A DNA stretch of 64,000 nucleotides from Candidatus Poseidoniaceae archaeon (GTDB lineage Archaea; Thermoplasmatota; Poseidoniia; Poseidoniales; Poseidoniaceae). The DNA lies in NCBI GenBank assembly GCA_965659685.1, contig CBFHXB010000007.1:29314-93313 (forward strand), read 5' to 3'. This document shows positions 26,784-37,535 of this stretch, piece after piece. The notes under the pieces are model-generated. The model ran no database searches and was not told the DNA's origin. It worked only from the letters and a program-made list of their open reading frames with translations. The stretch's first letter is position 1, and every line of letters starts with the position of its first letter. Position numbers and translations under genes: made by a program.

Positions 26784-28481
26784 TCACCGGTCAAGGCGGT
26801 CAAGGTCCATGTACGCGCGTGCTTGGGCTGGCTCTGAATTGACTTCGACCATGTCCCTGAAGGACGAGGCAATTTGACCTTGGCGTTCCCCCCTCAGGGT
26901 TTCTTCGGGGTCCGGCAACGGGTCGATTGAGATCTGGCCCAGCAATTGGCGGAGCTCATCGTCTGGCCGCTCTCCACCGGAGGAACCGGCGTGGGTGCGC
27001 GTGTGTTCGTCAACAATGGCTTGTGAGGTTGAGTCGGAGCGGAGGCGCGTCCGTTGCCACGTGCTTAGTGGGACTGCATCTTCCGATGCGACGGCTTCTC
27101 CGTCCTCGTCACCGTACATGGCAGCGTAGTCCTGCTCTTGCGGGGAGGGAGGAGGGGAGCGAAGTGCTGCATCAAAGAGGCCGCCGAGGCTGTTTCGACG
27201 GGTTCGGGATGTGGCTCGCCCGTGGCGTGGGATGAGGTGCCGTGGGCCTGTGGTTCCGTTCTTTGGTCGCAGGTTGACGGGTTGCCCTGAAGGAGCAACC
27301 TGCTGGTGGTCCTCGGCACGTCGTGCCGTACCGACGATGCCTTGGACATGGACGGGAAGCGGCGACGGTTCAGGTTGAGCCGTTGGCGCAGGAGATGCTG
27401 GCTCGTCGAAGCCCATCACGGGGAAGGTTGGTGCAGGTTCGGGTTCTTGCACCGGCCGGGAGTGCCCATTCGGGCCAACAAAACTCGGCAAATACGGCTC
27501 GGCGCCCTGGTCGAAAGCCGGGAGCGGAGCCTCCACACGAGGAGCAGGCAGAGCACGCTGTTCTTGATGGACGGGCTGCCAACCGTTTCCGCTCACGCCG
27601 AACGGTGAAGCAGCCTCTTCTCGCGCCTGTTGTGCAGCCTCTCGATCGACCGGTGTGCGTGGATGCAATGCGTTGTGCGAGGGCTCGGGAAGCCCCTCAC
27701 GCTGCTCCACCATCATGCGCTGCGCTCTGGCATGCAAACCGTCCTGCGCGGGCGGGACCGGCATCTGCACCTGAACAGGCGCGAGGTATGCGTCGGATTG
27801 CATGGGAGCGCGCCGGTCTTCGATGGTGATGTTCACCGAGGCGGGGCTACGAGGACCGTCGAGGCTGGGGAGGGGTTCGTCGTTGAAGAAATCCGACATG
27901 ATGGTCTCGTCCACGGACGTGCGAGGAACCACCTCGCCTTCGAGCAAGCCTGCGATTGGCCGAGGGACGTGAAGCGCTTCCGGGGTTGAACGTGGCCGGA
28001 GGAACTCGTCGATGCCTTCCCTTGCGTCCGGAAGCGACATGCCTGCCATCAGGCGCCCCATCAGGTATGCGAGCATCATCAGCTTCCCGTCAGCGCCGGT
28101 GATGACGTGGCACTCTCCGTTGTGCAGGTCCACGGTCAGGGTGGGTCGGCGCGTGAGGGCCCATGCTCCCACAAGGATGCATCCGAGGGTCATGACGACG
28201 TTTCGCACCGCGGGCAACTCGATGGCCCACCCGGCCATTCCGATGAGGATCAAACCGAACAGGTGGCTGTACGGCGGCATCAGGTGGGTCTGGTGATGGT
28301 TGAATGAACTGATCGAGGAGAGGGGCAAGGTGGTGGTCTTGCCCTCCTTCGCTCGGATGAGCAATGCGGAAGGGTCGACCTCAACGGCCACCCTTCCTCG
28401 CATCCCAGCCAGACGCAGCCCGTCAAGGACCTCGCGGTCCAACTGCATCGGGCCGGCAGATGCCGGCACGATTTCTCCCAT
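26784..28481 (-). CDS. Membrane protein with N-terminal domain, 2 TM helices and long Pro/Gln-rich disordered C-terminal tail
   Basis: TM segments (LFGLILIGMAGWAI / VVMTLGCILVGAWAL) followed by ~400 aa low-complexity P/A/Q-rich sequence. Start taken at MGEIVPASAG. Confidence 0.45.
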   Translation of the reverse strand: MGEIVPASAGPMQLDREVLDGLRLAGMRGRVAVEVDPSALLIRAKEGKTTTLPLSSISSFNHHQTHLMPPYSHLFGLILIGMAGWAIELPAVRNVVMTLGCILVGAWALTRRPTLTVDLHNGECHVITGADGKLMMLAYLMGRLMAGMSLPDAREGIDEFLRPRSTPEALHVPRPIAGLLEGEVVPRTSVDETIMSDFFNDEPLPSLDGPRSPASVNITIEDRRAPMQSDAYLAPVQVQMPVPPAQDGLHARAQRMMVEQREGLPEPSHNALHPRTPVDREAAQQAREEAASPFGVSGNGWQPVHQEQRALPAPRVEAPLPAFDQGAEPYLPSFVGPNGHSRPVQEPEPAPTFPVMGFDEPASPAPTAQPEPSPLPVHVQGIVGTARRAEDHQQVAPSGQPVNLRPKNGTTGPRHLIPRHGRATSRTRRNSLGGLFDAALRSPPPSPQEQDYAAMYGDEDGEAVASEDAVPLSTWQRTRLRSDSTSQAIVDEHTRTHAGSSGGERPDDELRQLLGQISIDPLPDPEETLRGERQGQIASSFRDMVEVNSEPAQARAYMDLDRLDR

Positions 28482-28570
28482 CTGCTCGCACTTGGTGGAA
28501 TGGGATATCAATGCTCCCTCAACGCAGCAGCCCCACGGCGAGGTTGGACGACAGGTCTCCGTTCGCCGAA

Positions 28571-29593
28571 TCAGGCCTCGAACTCGATTCGTCCTGATCC
28601 GATGATGCGTGGTTTCGAGTCCAGTTGGGCGATGATGGCTTGAGGCGGAGATTGGGCTCGGATCAGCGCCGGGTTGGACCATTCCACGGAAAGGGCATTT
28701 CCGTCGGCCGCCGTGACCCGTCCAACAACAAATTGCAGGTCAACGGAAAGGTGGATCACGTCGCCTTCTTGCAAGGTGCGTCGTTGGAACGGCGAGGGCG
28801 TCAAATGCACCGTGGAGCGGACGTGGGGTTGCATGGCCGGTGGCCGGTGGGTGCCCGTCCTGGGGTCGTCCACGGGTGGATGAACGATGAGGGTCCCGCC
28901 CGAAAGGTGGGCCTCCTGAGCGTTTCGAAGGGCCAAGCCGACGCGGTCTCCGGCGGTGGCGGCGGGGACGTCGTCGTCCATGACTTGCAGGGACTTGGCC
29001 GTGCCACCACCTTCAGCGGGCAGCAGAAGCAACTCGTCGTGCTGGTTCACGGTGCCAGCCTGCACATAGCCGATGGCGACCAGGCCGATGCCTCTGACGT
29101 TGAAATGCTGGTCGACAGGGATGATGAGCGGTTGCATTGATGCTTCGGCGAGTTCCTCGGCCAAATCGTCCATCAGCGCGTACAAGCGTTCGCGCAGGTG
29201 CGGTCCGTCCTCCGGTTCGAAAGTCCAAGCGCCCAAGCCTGCCTGTTGGAAGAGGGCCTTGACTTGGTCTTCGTCGATCCAGCCGCCGTCCTTCGGACGG
29301 ATGACGGCAAGGCCTCGCTCAAGTCCTGCGCTGGCGAAGGCGACAAGGGCTTCCCCAAGGGTGGCATCGACGGCCTCCACCTCGATCAAGCCGACCCGTG
29401 CCGCAGACAGGGCGTTCAGGAGCGGACGGAGGCGTTCGGGATACTTCGCCGGTCGGATGATGGAGAGGATGCGGGCTCCTGATTCCCCCGTTTCCTTGTG
29501 GACATAGGTGTGCACGTCACGCTGGTCGCTGGGTTTGGCGATCAACCGTGCGAGGTCATCGGTGGCCACAGCGGCGATGTTCAGGACCGGCAT
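28571..29593 (-). CDS. EF-Tu/EF1A-like protein with degenerate GTPase domain
   Basis: Clear EF-Tu domain-2 beta-barrel (PLIIPVDQHFNVRGIGLVAIGYVQAGTV) and domain-3-like C-terminus, but no G1 P-loop (GxxxxGKS/T) at the N-terminus. Confidence 0.5.
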   Translation of the reverse strand: MPVLNIAAVATDDLARLIAKPSDQRDVHTYVHKETGESGARILSIIRPAKYPERLRPLLNALSAARVGLIEVEAVDATLGEALVAFASAGLERGLAVIRPKDGGWIDEDQVKALFQQAGLGAWTFEPEDGPHLRERLYALMDDLAEELAEASMQPLIIPVDQHFNVRGIGLVAIGYVQAGTVNQHDELLLLPAEGGGTAKSLQVMDDDVPAATAGDRVGLALRNAQEAHLSGGTLIVHPPVDDPRTGTHRPPAMQPHVRSTVHLTPSPFQRRTLQEGDVIHLSVDLQFVVGRVTAADGNALSVEWSNPALIRAQSPPQAIIAQLDSKPRIIGSGRIEFEA

Positions 29594-29617
29594 GAGGGGG
29601 CCTCGTGGTGTTCCACA

Positions 29618-30127
29618 TCAAGCCTTGGACGCTGCACGATTGCGAAGCATGTTCGCTCGGAGTTCCTCAGCGTGAGCCCATTCACGTTCGGCTTCTTCCC
29701 CTTCTGCAACGAGTTGGGGGATGGGAATGGGTCGCATCATGGAGTCGATGGCGACGAAGAAGAAGTACCCTTCACAAATGGGCCTCCGCGCCCAATCCGA
29801 CTTGCTCATCGACTGTGCGGTCACCTTCACGCACGCCGTGTGGGTGGATGTGAACACGACTTGCCCGGTCACCTCCAAGAGGTCCCCTTGGCGAGCAGGA
29901 GCGATGAAGGTCAGGGTGTCGATGGAGATGGTCACGAATTCGCGGTGTGCGAATTTCGCACACGCGATGCCGCCTGCCTTGTCCATGAGGGACAGAAGGC
30001 GGCCACCGAACAGCGTGTCGTAGGCGTTGGTGTCCTGAGGAAAGACCTCCTCGATGAGGGTCACGGGTTCGATGGAGAACGGTTGCACGATGGCCGCTCG
30101 CGAGCGTCGGTCATGAAGCCTCGCCAT
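29618..30127 (-). CDS. Hotdog-fold acyl-CoA thioesterase
   Basis: YciA/4HBT-like hotdog core (…NAYDTLFGGRLLSLMD…); start at MARLHD (reverse ATG 30125-30127). Confidence 0.6.
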   Translation of the reverse strand: MARLHDRRSRAAIVQPFSIEPVTLIEEVFPQDTNAYDTLFGGRLLSLMDKAGGIACAKFAHREFVTISIDTLTFIAPARQGDLLEVTGQVVFTSTHTACVKVTAQSMSKSDWARRPICEGYFFFVAIDSMMRPIPIPQLVAEGEEAEREWAHAEELRANMLRNRAASKA

Positions 30128-30167
30128 CGGGGAAGCCTCATCACAGGGCTTCGCCGCCCTCACCACG

Positions 30168-30830
30168 ATGGGGGCGTGCGTCGGCTTGATGTCGGGTGGC
30201 ATCGATTCTCCCGTCGCTGCAGCGCGGGCCATGCGAGTTGGCTGGACCTTGCATCCCATTCACTTCAGCATGGAACCCATCACGGGCCCTGAAGCGCAAG
30301 AGCGTACCGTCGCGGGATTGCGTCACTTGAGCGCGCTGGACGGACCTTTCGGAGCAACCCTCTCTGACCACCTTGAACGGTCCCTCGTGGTGGTTCCCGT
30401 TGCGGACGTGATGGCAAAGTTCACTGAACCATGGTGCCACTCAGAATATTTCATTCACATGAAGCGGCTGTTCAACACGGTCGCCACCCTTCATGCGCGC
30501 GACGTTGGAGCGACCCACCTCCTCACCGGTGAGAATTTGGGGCAGGTCTCAAGTCAGACGTTGGGTAACCTCGGCGCTGTCGAAGAATCCACGCACCTCG
30601 ATGTCTTGAGGCCCTTGCTTGGCTTCGACAAATCGGCGATCACCGACATGGCACGGGCCCTTGGCACCTACGAGCTCAGCATCGGGCCCGAGGTCTGTGA
30701 CGCCCTCGGTCCAAACCACACCACCACGGTTGGGAACCGTGAGTGGCTTGAGCGGAGCGAGGCCCGAGTGGGCGGCTTGGCAGCACTTGCGGCCCATGCA
30801 TGGGCCTCGCGAACCAGCGTGCCCCTCTAA
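30168..30830 (+). CDS. PP-loop ATPase, ThiI-like (tRNA 4-thiouridine synthase C-terminal domain) without THUMP domain
   Basis: PP-loop SGGIDSPVAA near N-terminus and ThiI-like downstream motifs. Confidence 0.55.
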   Translation: MGACVGLMSGGIDSPVAAARAMRVGWTLHPIHFSMEPITGPEAQERTVAGLRHLSALDGPFGATLSDHLERSLVVVPVADVMAKFTEPWCHSEYFIHMKRLFNTVATLHARDVGATHLLTGENLGQVSSQTLGNLGAVEESTHLDVLRPLLGFDKSAITDMARALGTYELSIGPEVCDALGPNHTTTVGNREWLERSEARVGGLAALAAHAWASRTSVPL

Positions 30831-30899
30831 GGGCCGAAGGAACACCGCCACGGGGATTCTTTTAGGGAGGCTTGGCATCGCGAAAGCATTGGTGTCGAG

Positions 30900-33800
30900 A
30901 TGAACGCGAATGCCCCCCGCCGCTTGCCAGCTTTCCTGATGATGGCGATGCTCCTCCTTGTCCCACTTGCCTCGTCCATCAACGTGACCACCTTCAGCGG
31001 TGGTGATGCGGAAGCCGTGGTCGACGTTCGCGATTCAGCGACTTGGATGAACGGCGATTCTTCCATGTCCCTTCCGGCGGGGGAGACCGTCACCTCCGCT
31101 TCCATGACCGTTGGCACGGCCATGGCGGAGCACGACGCCTTTGTGAGGATTGACACGGACACCCTCCCCAAAACGTGGAGCCCGGATGCAAACGGTCAGT
31201 TGACCGCCTTCTCCGCAAAATCGTCCTTCCAGTTTGAGGAAGGCTCCTCAGCGACTCCGGTCCGTTTGACGTCCAACGGTTTCCTCAGCGATTTTGAGGG
31301 CACAACCAAGAATTTCACCGACGGCACCCAGCCGATGTTGAGCCCAATGGCCTGGGGTCACAGCACCATCCCTCCCTCCATTGGGGTCCTTCCGAACGGC
31401 TGCAAATCTGGTGAGATGTGCTGGGGCACCAACCCCTCCGACGACGATTACCGCGACGACAACAACGGCAACGATTTCGAGAGCATGCTGCTCTCGCCGC
31501 CCATCTTCATCGACCCCGCGTTGGGAGGCACCACGTTCACCTTCTCCTCCTTCCACGCTCTGAACTACCTTGAAGCCGGCACCGGTGGTGTGCAGAAGTA
31601 CTACCGCGATTGTGCCTACATCGAGATTCGCGAGCGCAACGACGAGTTCTTCCCACCCGACGACGGTGGTCCTAACGCCTTCAGTTACATCGGCGTTGAT
31701 CAAGCCAACTCTTCCAACATCGGCTTCGGCAACGGGCTCTACACCAAGGGCACCAGTCAGGGACAAATCCAGAACGGTTGCCAAGGTGTTGCAAGCACGG
31801 ATTCTGCACTCGGTGGAACCTCGGTGAGCGCCAACAACCCGAGCGGTTGGGCCGAGGTCGCTGTCGACCTCTCTAATTACGTGGGTCAGTGGGTGCAACT
31901 CCGCTTTGTGATGGAGCACAACACCATCGGCGGCAACGGAAACCCGCCCGCCAACTACACCATGCCGGGCTGGTACATCGACAACGTGCGTTTGGGCCAA
32001 CTCCTTCCAGCGAACGGCTGGATGAAGGTTCGAGGGTTCCTTCCCTCCGTGAACGGTGGCGATCCACAACCGAACGGGTATGGATTGCTCAACATCGAGG
32101 CGGAAACCACGGACACCGGTACCCTCACCGTCGACGTCTACAACACCCAGACCGGCGCCCTTGTGAACGACCTTGATGGGAATCCGATGTCGGGGTTGAC
32201 CGGGGACATCATCGAATTGTGGAACATTGACGCCAACGTCCACAAATCCCTGGATTTCATGTTCAATTACGACTCAGGGCCAGACCGGTTGTCCACGGCC
32301 GTGCTCCACGGTTTCAACATCGGAACCAGAATTGGAACAGGTTTCAACCAAACCGACCTTTCCAACCCAGAGATCTACGACGGGGCATGGAACGCGATGG
32401 GAGGCCCGTACATCTACACTCCAACTCTGGTCGACACGGGATACAGTCCTGCCATCGAGCGGCTCAATTTCGATTATCCCATCACGGCGGTCAAGCCGAC
32501 CGCAAACCGCAACTGCGCAGAGGAGCCAAACATCGATTTGTCCACCCCCGAAGTCGAAACGACAGAGGCCTTGGTGGTGGACCAATGGAACGAACTCAGC
32601 CAACCGATGTTCGGATTTGAGGCCATGGTCTCCTTTGATTTCGATCCGGCGAACAATTTCTTTGATTGCCGGGTCTCTGAATTCTGGTTCGACCTCCGCT
32701 TTGGTCATCACGCCGAGAACGTGCGTGTGGACATCGCCAACGACGGTGACATCGATTGGGGTTTCGACCAACCCGCCTTTGGAGCGCTCGGACGCCAGAC
32801 GGTGTTCTACAACGCCAAGGTCGGTGACGTGCACACCTCGGTGGACAGCCAAACGATGACCCTCAACCTCGCCGCTCAGGCGGTGGGCGGTGGCTTTGTG
32901 CTGCCCTACGGTGCGACCGTTACTGCCGCTGACATCGTGTTTGACCAGAACACCATCTATTCGACCACCAACGTCGGTGAGGGCTTCGACCTCTCTCTTG
33001 CGGTCGGTGGCTTGACCGAGGATTTGGGAGCGATGCCAAACGCAAGTCGCCTCATGCTGGAAATCGGCAACACGCCGCTCGGCCTTGCCGATGCCATCAA
33101 CAACCTGCTTTCCAACCCGCAAGTGCCCTATGCGTTCGAAGACGACTACGGCAACCAATGGGTGTCCTTCCGGTTCGAACTTGAGAGCCTGAACGCCTCG
33201 ACGGGCAGTTCGCTCGTGGTTCGTGACCTCGACATCGTGTACGATTGGGAGCGCACGTTCGATGAAACCGATGGTTTAGACCGCGAGTTGAACCAAGGCG
33301 TTGCGCTGGCCGGTGGTGCCGGAAGCGTTGACGTTCCCTTTGTGGTCTACACTTCGAACGGTGGCGCCGTGCGCTTCGCTGACCTGAACGTGAACACTGC
33401 AGGCGGCTACGACAGCACCATGACCTTCACGAATGCACCCGTCGGCCTCTACCCCTCTGGGGAGATCTACGAGGTGACCAGCACCCACGCCGTGGGTGGC
33501 TCGACTGGCACCACGCTTGCCGAGGCCGTGCTCCTGTTCGAATCCGCCAGCGGATCTGTGGAAGTGGCGTGGTCGGAGGTCACAGGCTTCGAGAAGCGTG
33601 CTGACCCCGGCAACTACCTCACGCTGGAAACCTCCACCGTGGTGGACACCACCAGCCCGGTGGGGAAGGACATCACGTGGCGCTTCCGCGTCAACCCTGC
33701 ATGGGAAGACGCAGAGACCCTCCGCGTCTACGCCTTCAGCGTCGGTGCAAATGGCGTCGACGGTCTCCCCGCAGCGGTGCTGTTTGACCCGAGTTTGGGC

Positions 33801-36737
33801 AATGCGATTGAGAACGATGCGGGCATCCAGAGCCTCCATATCCTCAATGCCAACGACGAGATCCAAGACCTTGATGACGCGATTTCCACCCGTTACATGA
33901 CCATCGACATGAGCGTTCGTCTCCAAGACCTTGACGTCGCTCCTGACCCCTCGACCTACAACCTGGTCCTCGAGCAGCAGACCGTGGACAACGTGGGCGG
34001 CAACATCACCCTCGGATGGACGGAAATCGACAACATCAGCGGCCCGATCGGCGGCGACGTCGAATGGCCGGTTGACCTTGGCATCGGCGCTGCCGGTGAC
34101 GAGATCCTCCGCGTCCGTATGGTCGGCTACGAAGGTGGAGACACCCTCTGCCCGCCGACCGACCTTCGTCCGGACGAGGATTGTGCGGTGCCGTTCAACC
34201 TCTCCATCGACACGTACGAACCCAACCTCCTGTCCATGTCGGTCTTCCTCGGCGGCGCCGACCTGCCAGAAAATTGGCGTCGCGTCTACGACGACACGTG
34301 GGTGATTCCTTCGGCGACCCAACAAATGCGCATCATCGCACAGGACCTGCCTTCGCCCCCTGAAACCATGACCATGCACCTTTGGGTGGAGTATGAGCAC
34401 GACACCGACGGAGACGGCGAAGCCGATCCTCAGGAGTACACCATGGTGACGCTGAACAGCGATGGGGGCGCACCAAACGCCTCCTACATGGCTCAATACA
34501 ACGACGAAGCCAACCTTGGCCGTGACCCAGTGGGCAAGGTCAGCGTTTGGATCGAAGGCTTCGACTTGGCCGGGAACTCCATCGACGGTGGTTCGGCCGG
34601 ATTCGAAAACGACTACGTGACCTACGTCTCGATGAGTTCTTCCACCCCGGTGATCAACAACGTCTACATCGAAGACGCGGCAGGTCTGCGCTTCCTCCGT
34701 TCGACGGATCCAGGCTTCGAGGGCCTGCAGAACAAGACCGTGTACGCAGGCAACACCTACCACGTCATCGTCGAGATGCAAGACGGCAACGGATGGCGCG
34801 ACCTCGACAGCATCCGCGTGAACCTTGACGGCGCTTCGTCCGAAGACATGGTGGTGTCCTACTACCCACGCAACGGTACGGCATGGACCACCTCGCCCTA
34901 CCTGACGATCGTCGACGACGATGAACTCGCACCCGTGCTTCGACGCATGGACGGTGGCGCCCTCATCGACCCGTTCGAGAACACCTTCTACCTCGACTTG
35001 CCCGTCCGATTGGCGTGGGGCATTCCCGGCCACGTCGGTGCGAGCACCCCAAAGGTCAGCGTTCAGGACTTCGACAACGTGATTCAGAACTACCTCGGTC
35101 TCTCTGGACATCTTCAGGATTGGATGTACGCCGACGGTGTGCGTCTTGATTTCCGCGCTGACCTCAACGCAGGCATCATGGAAATCCCCTACCTCTCCGA
35201 CCAGACCGCACCGGTGACCGGCGATGTGCAGGTGGGCTTCATCGGGCCTGGCGATACCGTTCGATTCGAAGGCCGCTACGCCTACGTGGCGGGACTGGCG
35301 AACGGCGTCTCCATTCAGCCTGAGATTCCGTTGACCATGGAGATCACCCGCCAAGACGCGGCCAAGGTGAGCGAACCCGGCAAGGATTACATCCCCTTCG
35401 CAGGTGAAGTTTGGACGGAGACCTTCACAGGTGGAATGTTCGACTTCAACATCACCGCACCACCGGTCACGAACGAGTTCGTCTACACCTTCCGCCTCAT
35501 CGACATGCCCACCGGAGCAACCGACGCCACGGACGCCTACTGTGGGGATTTCGATGGATACGGTTGCGCAGAGTTCACCCTGAAGGTGGACTTCAATGCA
35601 CCCAAGGTCGCCACCAACAGCTGGGAATTGACCAAGGGCGGCACGGAAGACGCCCTTGGCGAGGAGTTGCCTTCCTCCGTGCTCCACTGCGTTGATGCTG
35701 TGGTGACCATTGAGGAGCCTGAGAAACTCTTGCAGAATGAAGTTGAGATCCGCTGGCAGTTCTTTTCCGACCCGAGCACCGGGCTGACGTGGCCGGTCTA
35801 CGGTCAGGCCTTTGGAGCCGGACCCTTGTCCACCGACGTGAACTTGGTGAAGGGTGTCGGCGAATACTACGCCTCCGTGGATTGCATCGATCTGTGGCCC
35901 GACCCCGTCGAGCCTTCCGCCTCACAGATGGCCGGCGTCCGCGTCATCTTCTGGGTCTACGGCACCGATTCCGCAGGGTCCTCCATCCTTGGTGGCGGAC
36001 CGACGTCCGAAGGGAACGTGGTCCCGATCAACGGTGGCGACGACGAATCGACGTCGCAGTACAACCTGATCAACGAAGAAGCAGTGTTCACTGTCGGAAC
36101 CGTGCGGTTCAGTCCTGCCCAGCCTGAGGTCGGTCAGCAGATGAACCTCGAAGTGTACCTCCAAAACACCGGCAGCTTGGCCGGTACGGTCGACCTTCGC
36201 GTGATGGGCGTCTACGACGGCATTGCGTCCCGTGAGACCGTGCAGACGTCGCAAGAACTTGCCATCGGCGCCACGGCATGGGAATCGATCACCCTCGAGG
36301 CCTACTTGACGCCCACCACCGGCCTCTACTACCTCATTTACGACGACGTCTCCGGCGACCTGCTCTACAACGGCAGCGAAACGGCGGGTGGACTCCTCAA
36401 CGTCAAGGTCCAGAGCGACGACGGTCAAGGCGGTGCCATGGCCCTCTTGCTTGTTGGCTTGGTCGGCGTGGTCGCGGTGCTCGCGACCCTCGTGATGGTG
36501 CTGCTCCGCCGTGGAGGCGGTTCTGACCTGGCTGACGACGAGGACGACTACGACGACTACGAGGATGAAAAGGAAGTCGTGAACATTCCGTCCAGCGCAC
36601 CCGCTGCGGACGTCAGCCCGCAGATGGCGGAGGCGATGAAGACCTTCCCACAATGGAACCAAGAGCAGATTCAGGGCTACTTTGACCAAGGGTGGGACAT
36701 TGAATCCCTCCTGGAATGGGTCAACAGTCAGGAGTGA
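30900..36737 (+). CDS. Giant (1945 aa) secreted cell-surface protein with N-terminal signal peptide, many NxS/T sequons, C-terminal TM anchor and acidic cytoplasmic tail
   Basis: Signal MNANAPRRLPAFLMMAMLLLVPLASS. C-terminal LLLVGLVGVVAVLATLVMVLLRRGGG then DDEDDYDDYEDE tail. Beta-rich repetitive middle typical of S-layer/adhesin-like proteins. Confidence 0.75.
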   Translation: MNANAPRRLPAFLMMAMLLLVPLASSINVTTFSGGDAEAVVDVRDSATWMNGDSSMSLPAGETVTSASMTVGTAMAEHDAFVRIDTDTLPKTWSPDANGQLTAFSAKSSFQFEEGSSATPVRLTSNGFLSDFEGTTKNFTDGTQPMLSPMAWGHSTIPPSIGVLPNGCKSGEMCWGTNPSDDDYRDDNNGNDFESMLLSPPIFIDPALGGTTFTFSSFHALNYLEAGTGGVQKYYRDCAYIEIRERNDEFFPPDDGGPNAFSYIGVDQANSSNIGFGNGLYTKGTSQGQIQNGCQGVASTDSALGGTSVSANNPSGWAEVAVDLSNYVGQWVQLRFVMEHNTIGGNGNPPANYTMPGWYIDNVRLGQLLPANGWMKVRGFLPSVNGGDPQPNGYGLLNIEAETTDTGTLTVDVYNTQTGALVNDLDGNPMSGLTGDIIELWNIDANVHKSLDFMFNYDSGPDRLSTAVLHGFNIGTRIGTGFNQTDLSNPEIYDGAWNAMGGPYIYTPTLVDTGYSPAIERLNFDYPITAVKPTANRNCAEEPNIDLSTPEVETTEALVVDQWNELSQPMFGFEAMVSFDFDPANNFFDCRVSEFWFDLRFGHHAENVRVDIANDGDIDWGFDQPAFGALGRQTVFYNAKVGDVHTSVDSQTMTLNLAAQAVGGGFVLPYGATVTAADIVFDQNTIYSTTNVGEGFDLSLAVGGLTEDLGAMPNASRLMLEIGNTPLGLADAINNLLSNPQVPYAFEDDYGNQWVSFRFELESLNASTGSSLVVRDLDIVYDWERTFDETDGLDRELNQGVALAGGAGSVDVPFVVYTSNGGAVRFADLNVNTAGGYDSTMTFTNAPVGLYPSGEIYEVTSTHAVGGSTGTTLAEAVLLFESASGSVEVAWSEVTGFEKRADPGNYLTLETSTVVDTTSPVGKDITWRFRVNPAWEDAETLRVYAFSVGANGVDGLPAAVLFDPSLGNAIENDAGIQSLHILNANDEIQDLDDAISTRYMTIDMSVRLQDLDVAPDPSTYNLVLEQQTVDNVGGNITLGWTEIDNISGPIGGDVEWPVDLGIGAAGDEILRVRMVGYEGGDTLCPPTDLRPDEDCAVPFNLSIDTYEPNLLSMSVFLGGADLPENWRRVYDDTWVIPSATQQMRIIAQDLPSPPETMTMHLWVEYEHDTDGDGEADPQEYTMVTLNSDGGAPNASYMAQYNDEANLGRDPVGKVSVWIEGFDLAGNSIDGGSAGFENDYVTYVSMSSSTPVINNVYIEDAAGLRFLRSTDPGFEGLQNKTVYAGNTYHVIVEMQDGNGWRDLDSIRVNLDGASSEDMVVSYYPRNGTAWTTSPYLTIVDDDELAPVLRRMDGGALIDPFENTFYLDLPVRLAWGIPGHVGASTPKVSVQDFDNVIQNYLGLSGHLQDWMYADGVRLDFRADLNAGIMEIPYLSDQTAPVTGDVQVGFIGPGDTVRFEGRYAYVAGLANGVSIQPEIPLTMEITRQDAAKVSEPGKDYIPFAGEVWTETFTGGMFDFNITAPPVTNEFVYTFRLIDMPTGATDATDAYCGDFDGYGCAEFTLKVDFNAPKVATNSWELTKGGTEDALGEELPSSVLHCVDAVVTIEEPEKLLQNEVEIRWQFFSDPSTGLTWPVYGQAFGAGPLSTDVNLVKGVGEYYASVDCIDLWPDPVEPSASQMAGVRVIFWVYGTDSAGSSILGGGPTSEGNVVPINGGDDESTSQYNLINEEAVFTVGTVRFSPAQPEVGQQMNLEVYLQNTGSLAGTVDLRVMGVYDGIASRETVQTSQELAIGATAWESITLEAYLTPTTGLYYLIYDDVSGDLLYNGSETAGGLLNVKVQSDDGQGGAMALLLVGLVGVVAVLATLVMVLLRRGGGSDLADDEDDYDDYEDEKEVVNIPSSAPAADVSPQMAEAMKTFPQWNQEQIQGYFDQGWDIESLLEWVNSQE

Positions 36738-36745
36738 TCCTGACC

Positions 36746-37534
36746 ATGTCCCGTGGTTGGTCCACGGCAACGTGGGACGATCCGGACGGCGGGACGATCC
36801 TGCTGCACGGGACCTTCCCGACCGTGGTGTTGCCGCGAAGCCTCTGGCCAAATCCGAAGGGTTGGGACGGTCTGGCCCTCCTCGACGACGAAGGTGCGCC
36901 TGAGGCGTGGGCTCAAGAGGAGGAAGACGAGCGTGAATCGCCCGGCGTGAACCTCGAAGCGGCACGATTCGGCATCGGTCATGAATCGCATCTGCTCGAT
37001 GCCCTGACCAGCATCGAAGGGCCGTTGACAGGACGCTTTCCCGACCCTGAGCCGCTTCGCTTGTTCCGTGAAGCACAACGTGCCGTTCGCCCGGTGTTCT
37101 TCCTGGAACCGAGCCTTGACGACGACGCGTGGTCCGACCATCTTTCGCTTGAAGCGAAGGAACGCACGGATTGGCGCAGGTTGATCCGAAGGATACGCAG
37201 CCGGCGCGCATGGCAAAAGGCGCTTGCATCATCGGCAGAAGGCGTCACGTCAGGACCCGAAGACGGCATGGCCGAGGTGAAGATCGCGACCAGGGCTTGG
37301 TGGAAGATGTGGGATGCGGATTTAACGGAACCCACCCGCACCTCACGCGATGAACGCTTTGCCGCCCGTGCACGTGGTGCGTTGGCCTCGGTGCGAGAAG
37401 GCGGGGGCACGACGCTGTTGCTCGTCCTCGTTGAGCCGCGTCTCGATGCGGTCCTCGATGCACTGCACCGTTCCATCGCCCCCGAGGTCATCGTTTCATA
37501 TGACGACCTCCTCGCGTCATACGAGGAGGCCTGA
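36746..37534 (+). CDS. Hypothetical acidic protein
   Basis: ORF beginning MSRGWSTATW, overlapping the 3' end of the giant gene. First of three tightly packed genes (stop/start spacings of 1-2 nt). Confidence 0.4.
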   Translation: MSRGWSTATWDDPDGGTILLHGTFPTVVLPRSLWPNPKGWDGLALLDDEGAPEAWAQEEEDERESPGVNLEAARFGIGHESHLLDALTSIEGPLTGRFPDPEPLRLFREAQRAVRPVFFLEPSLDDDAWSDHLSLEAKERTDWRRLIRRIRSRRAWQKALASSAEGVTSGPEDGMAEVKIATRAWWKMWDADLTEPTRTSRDERFAARARGALASVREGGGTTLLLVLVEPRLDAVLDALHRSIAPEVIVSYDDLLASYEEA

Positions 37535-37535
37535 G

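Noticed and set aside
33276-35687. 803-aa minus-strand ORF inside the giant surface-protein gene
   Set aside because: Antisense shadow ORF with V/G/D/A-rich composition and no motifs; the + strand gene has signal peptide, sequons and TM anchor.
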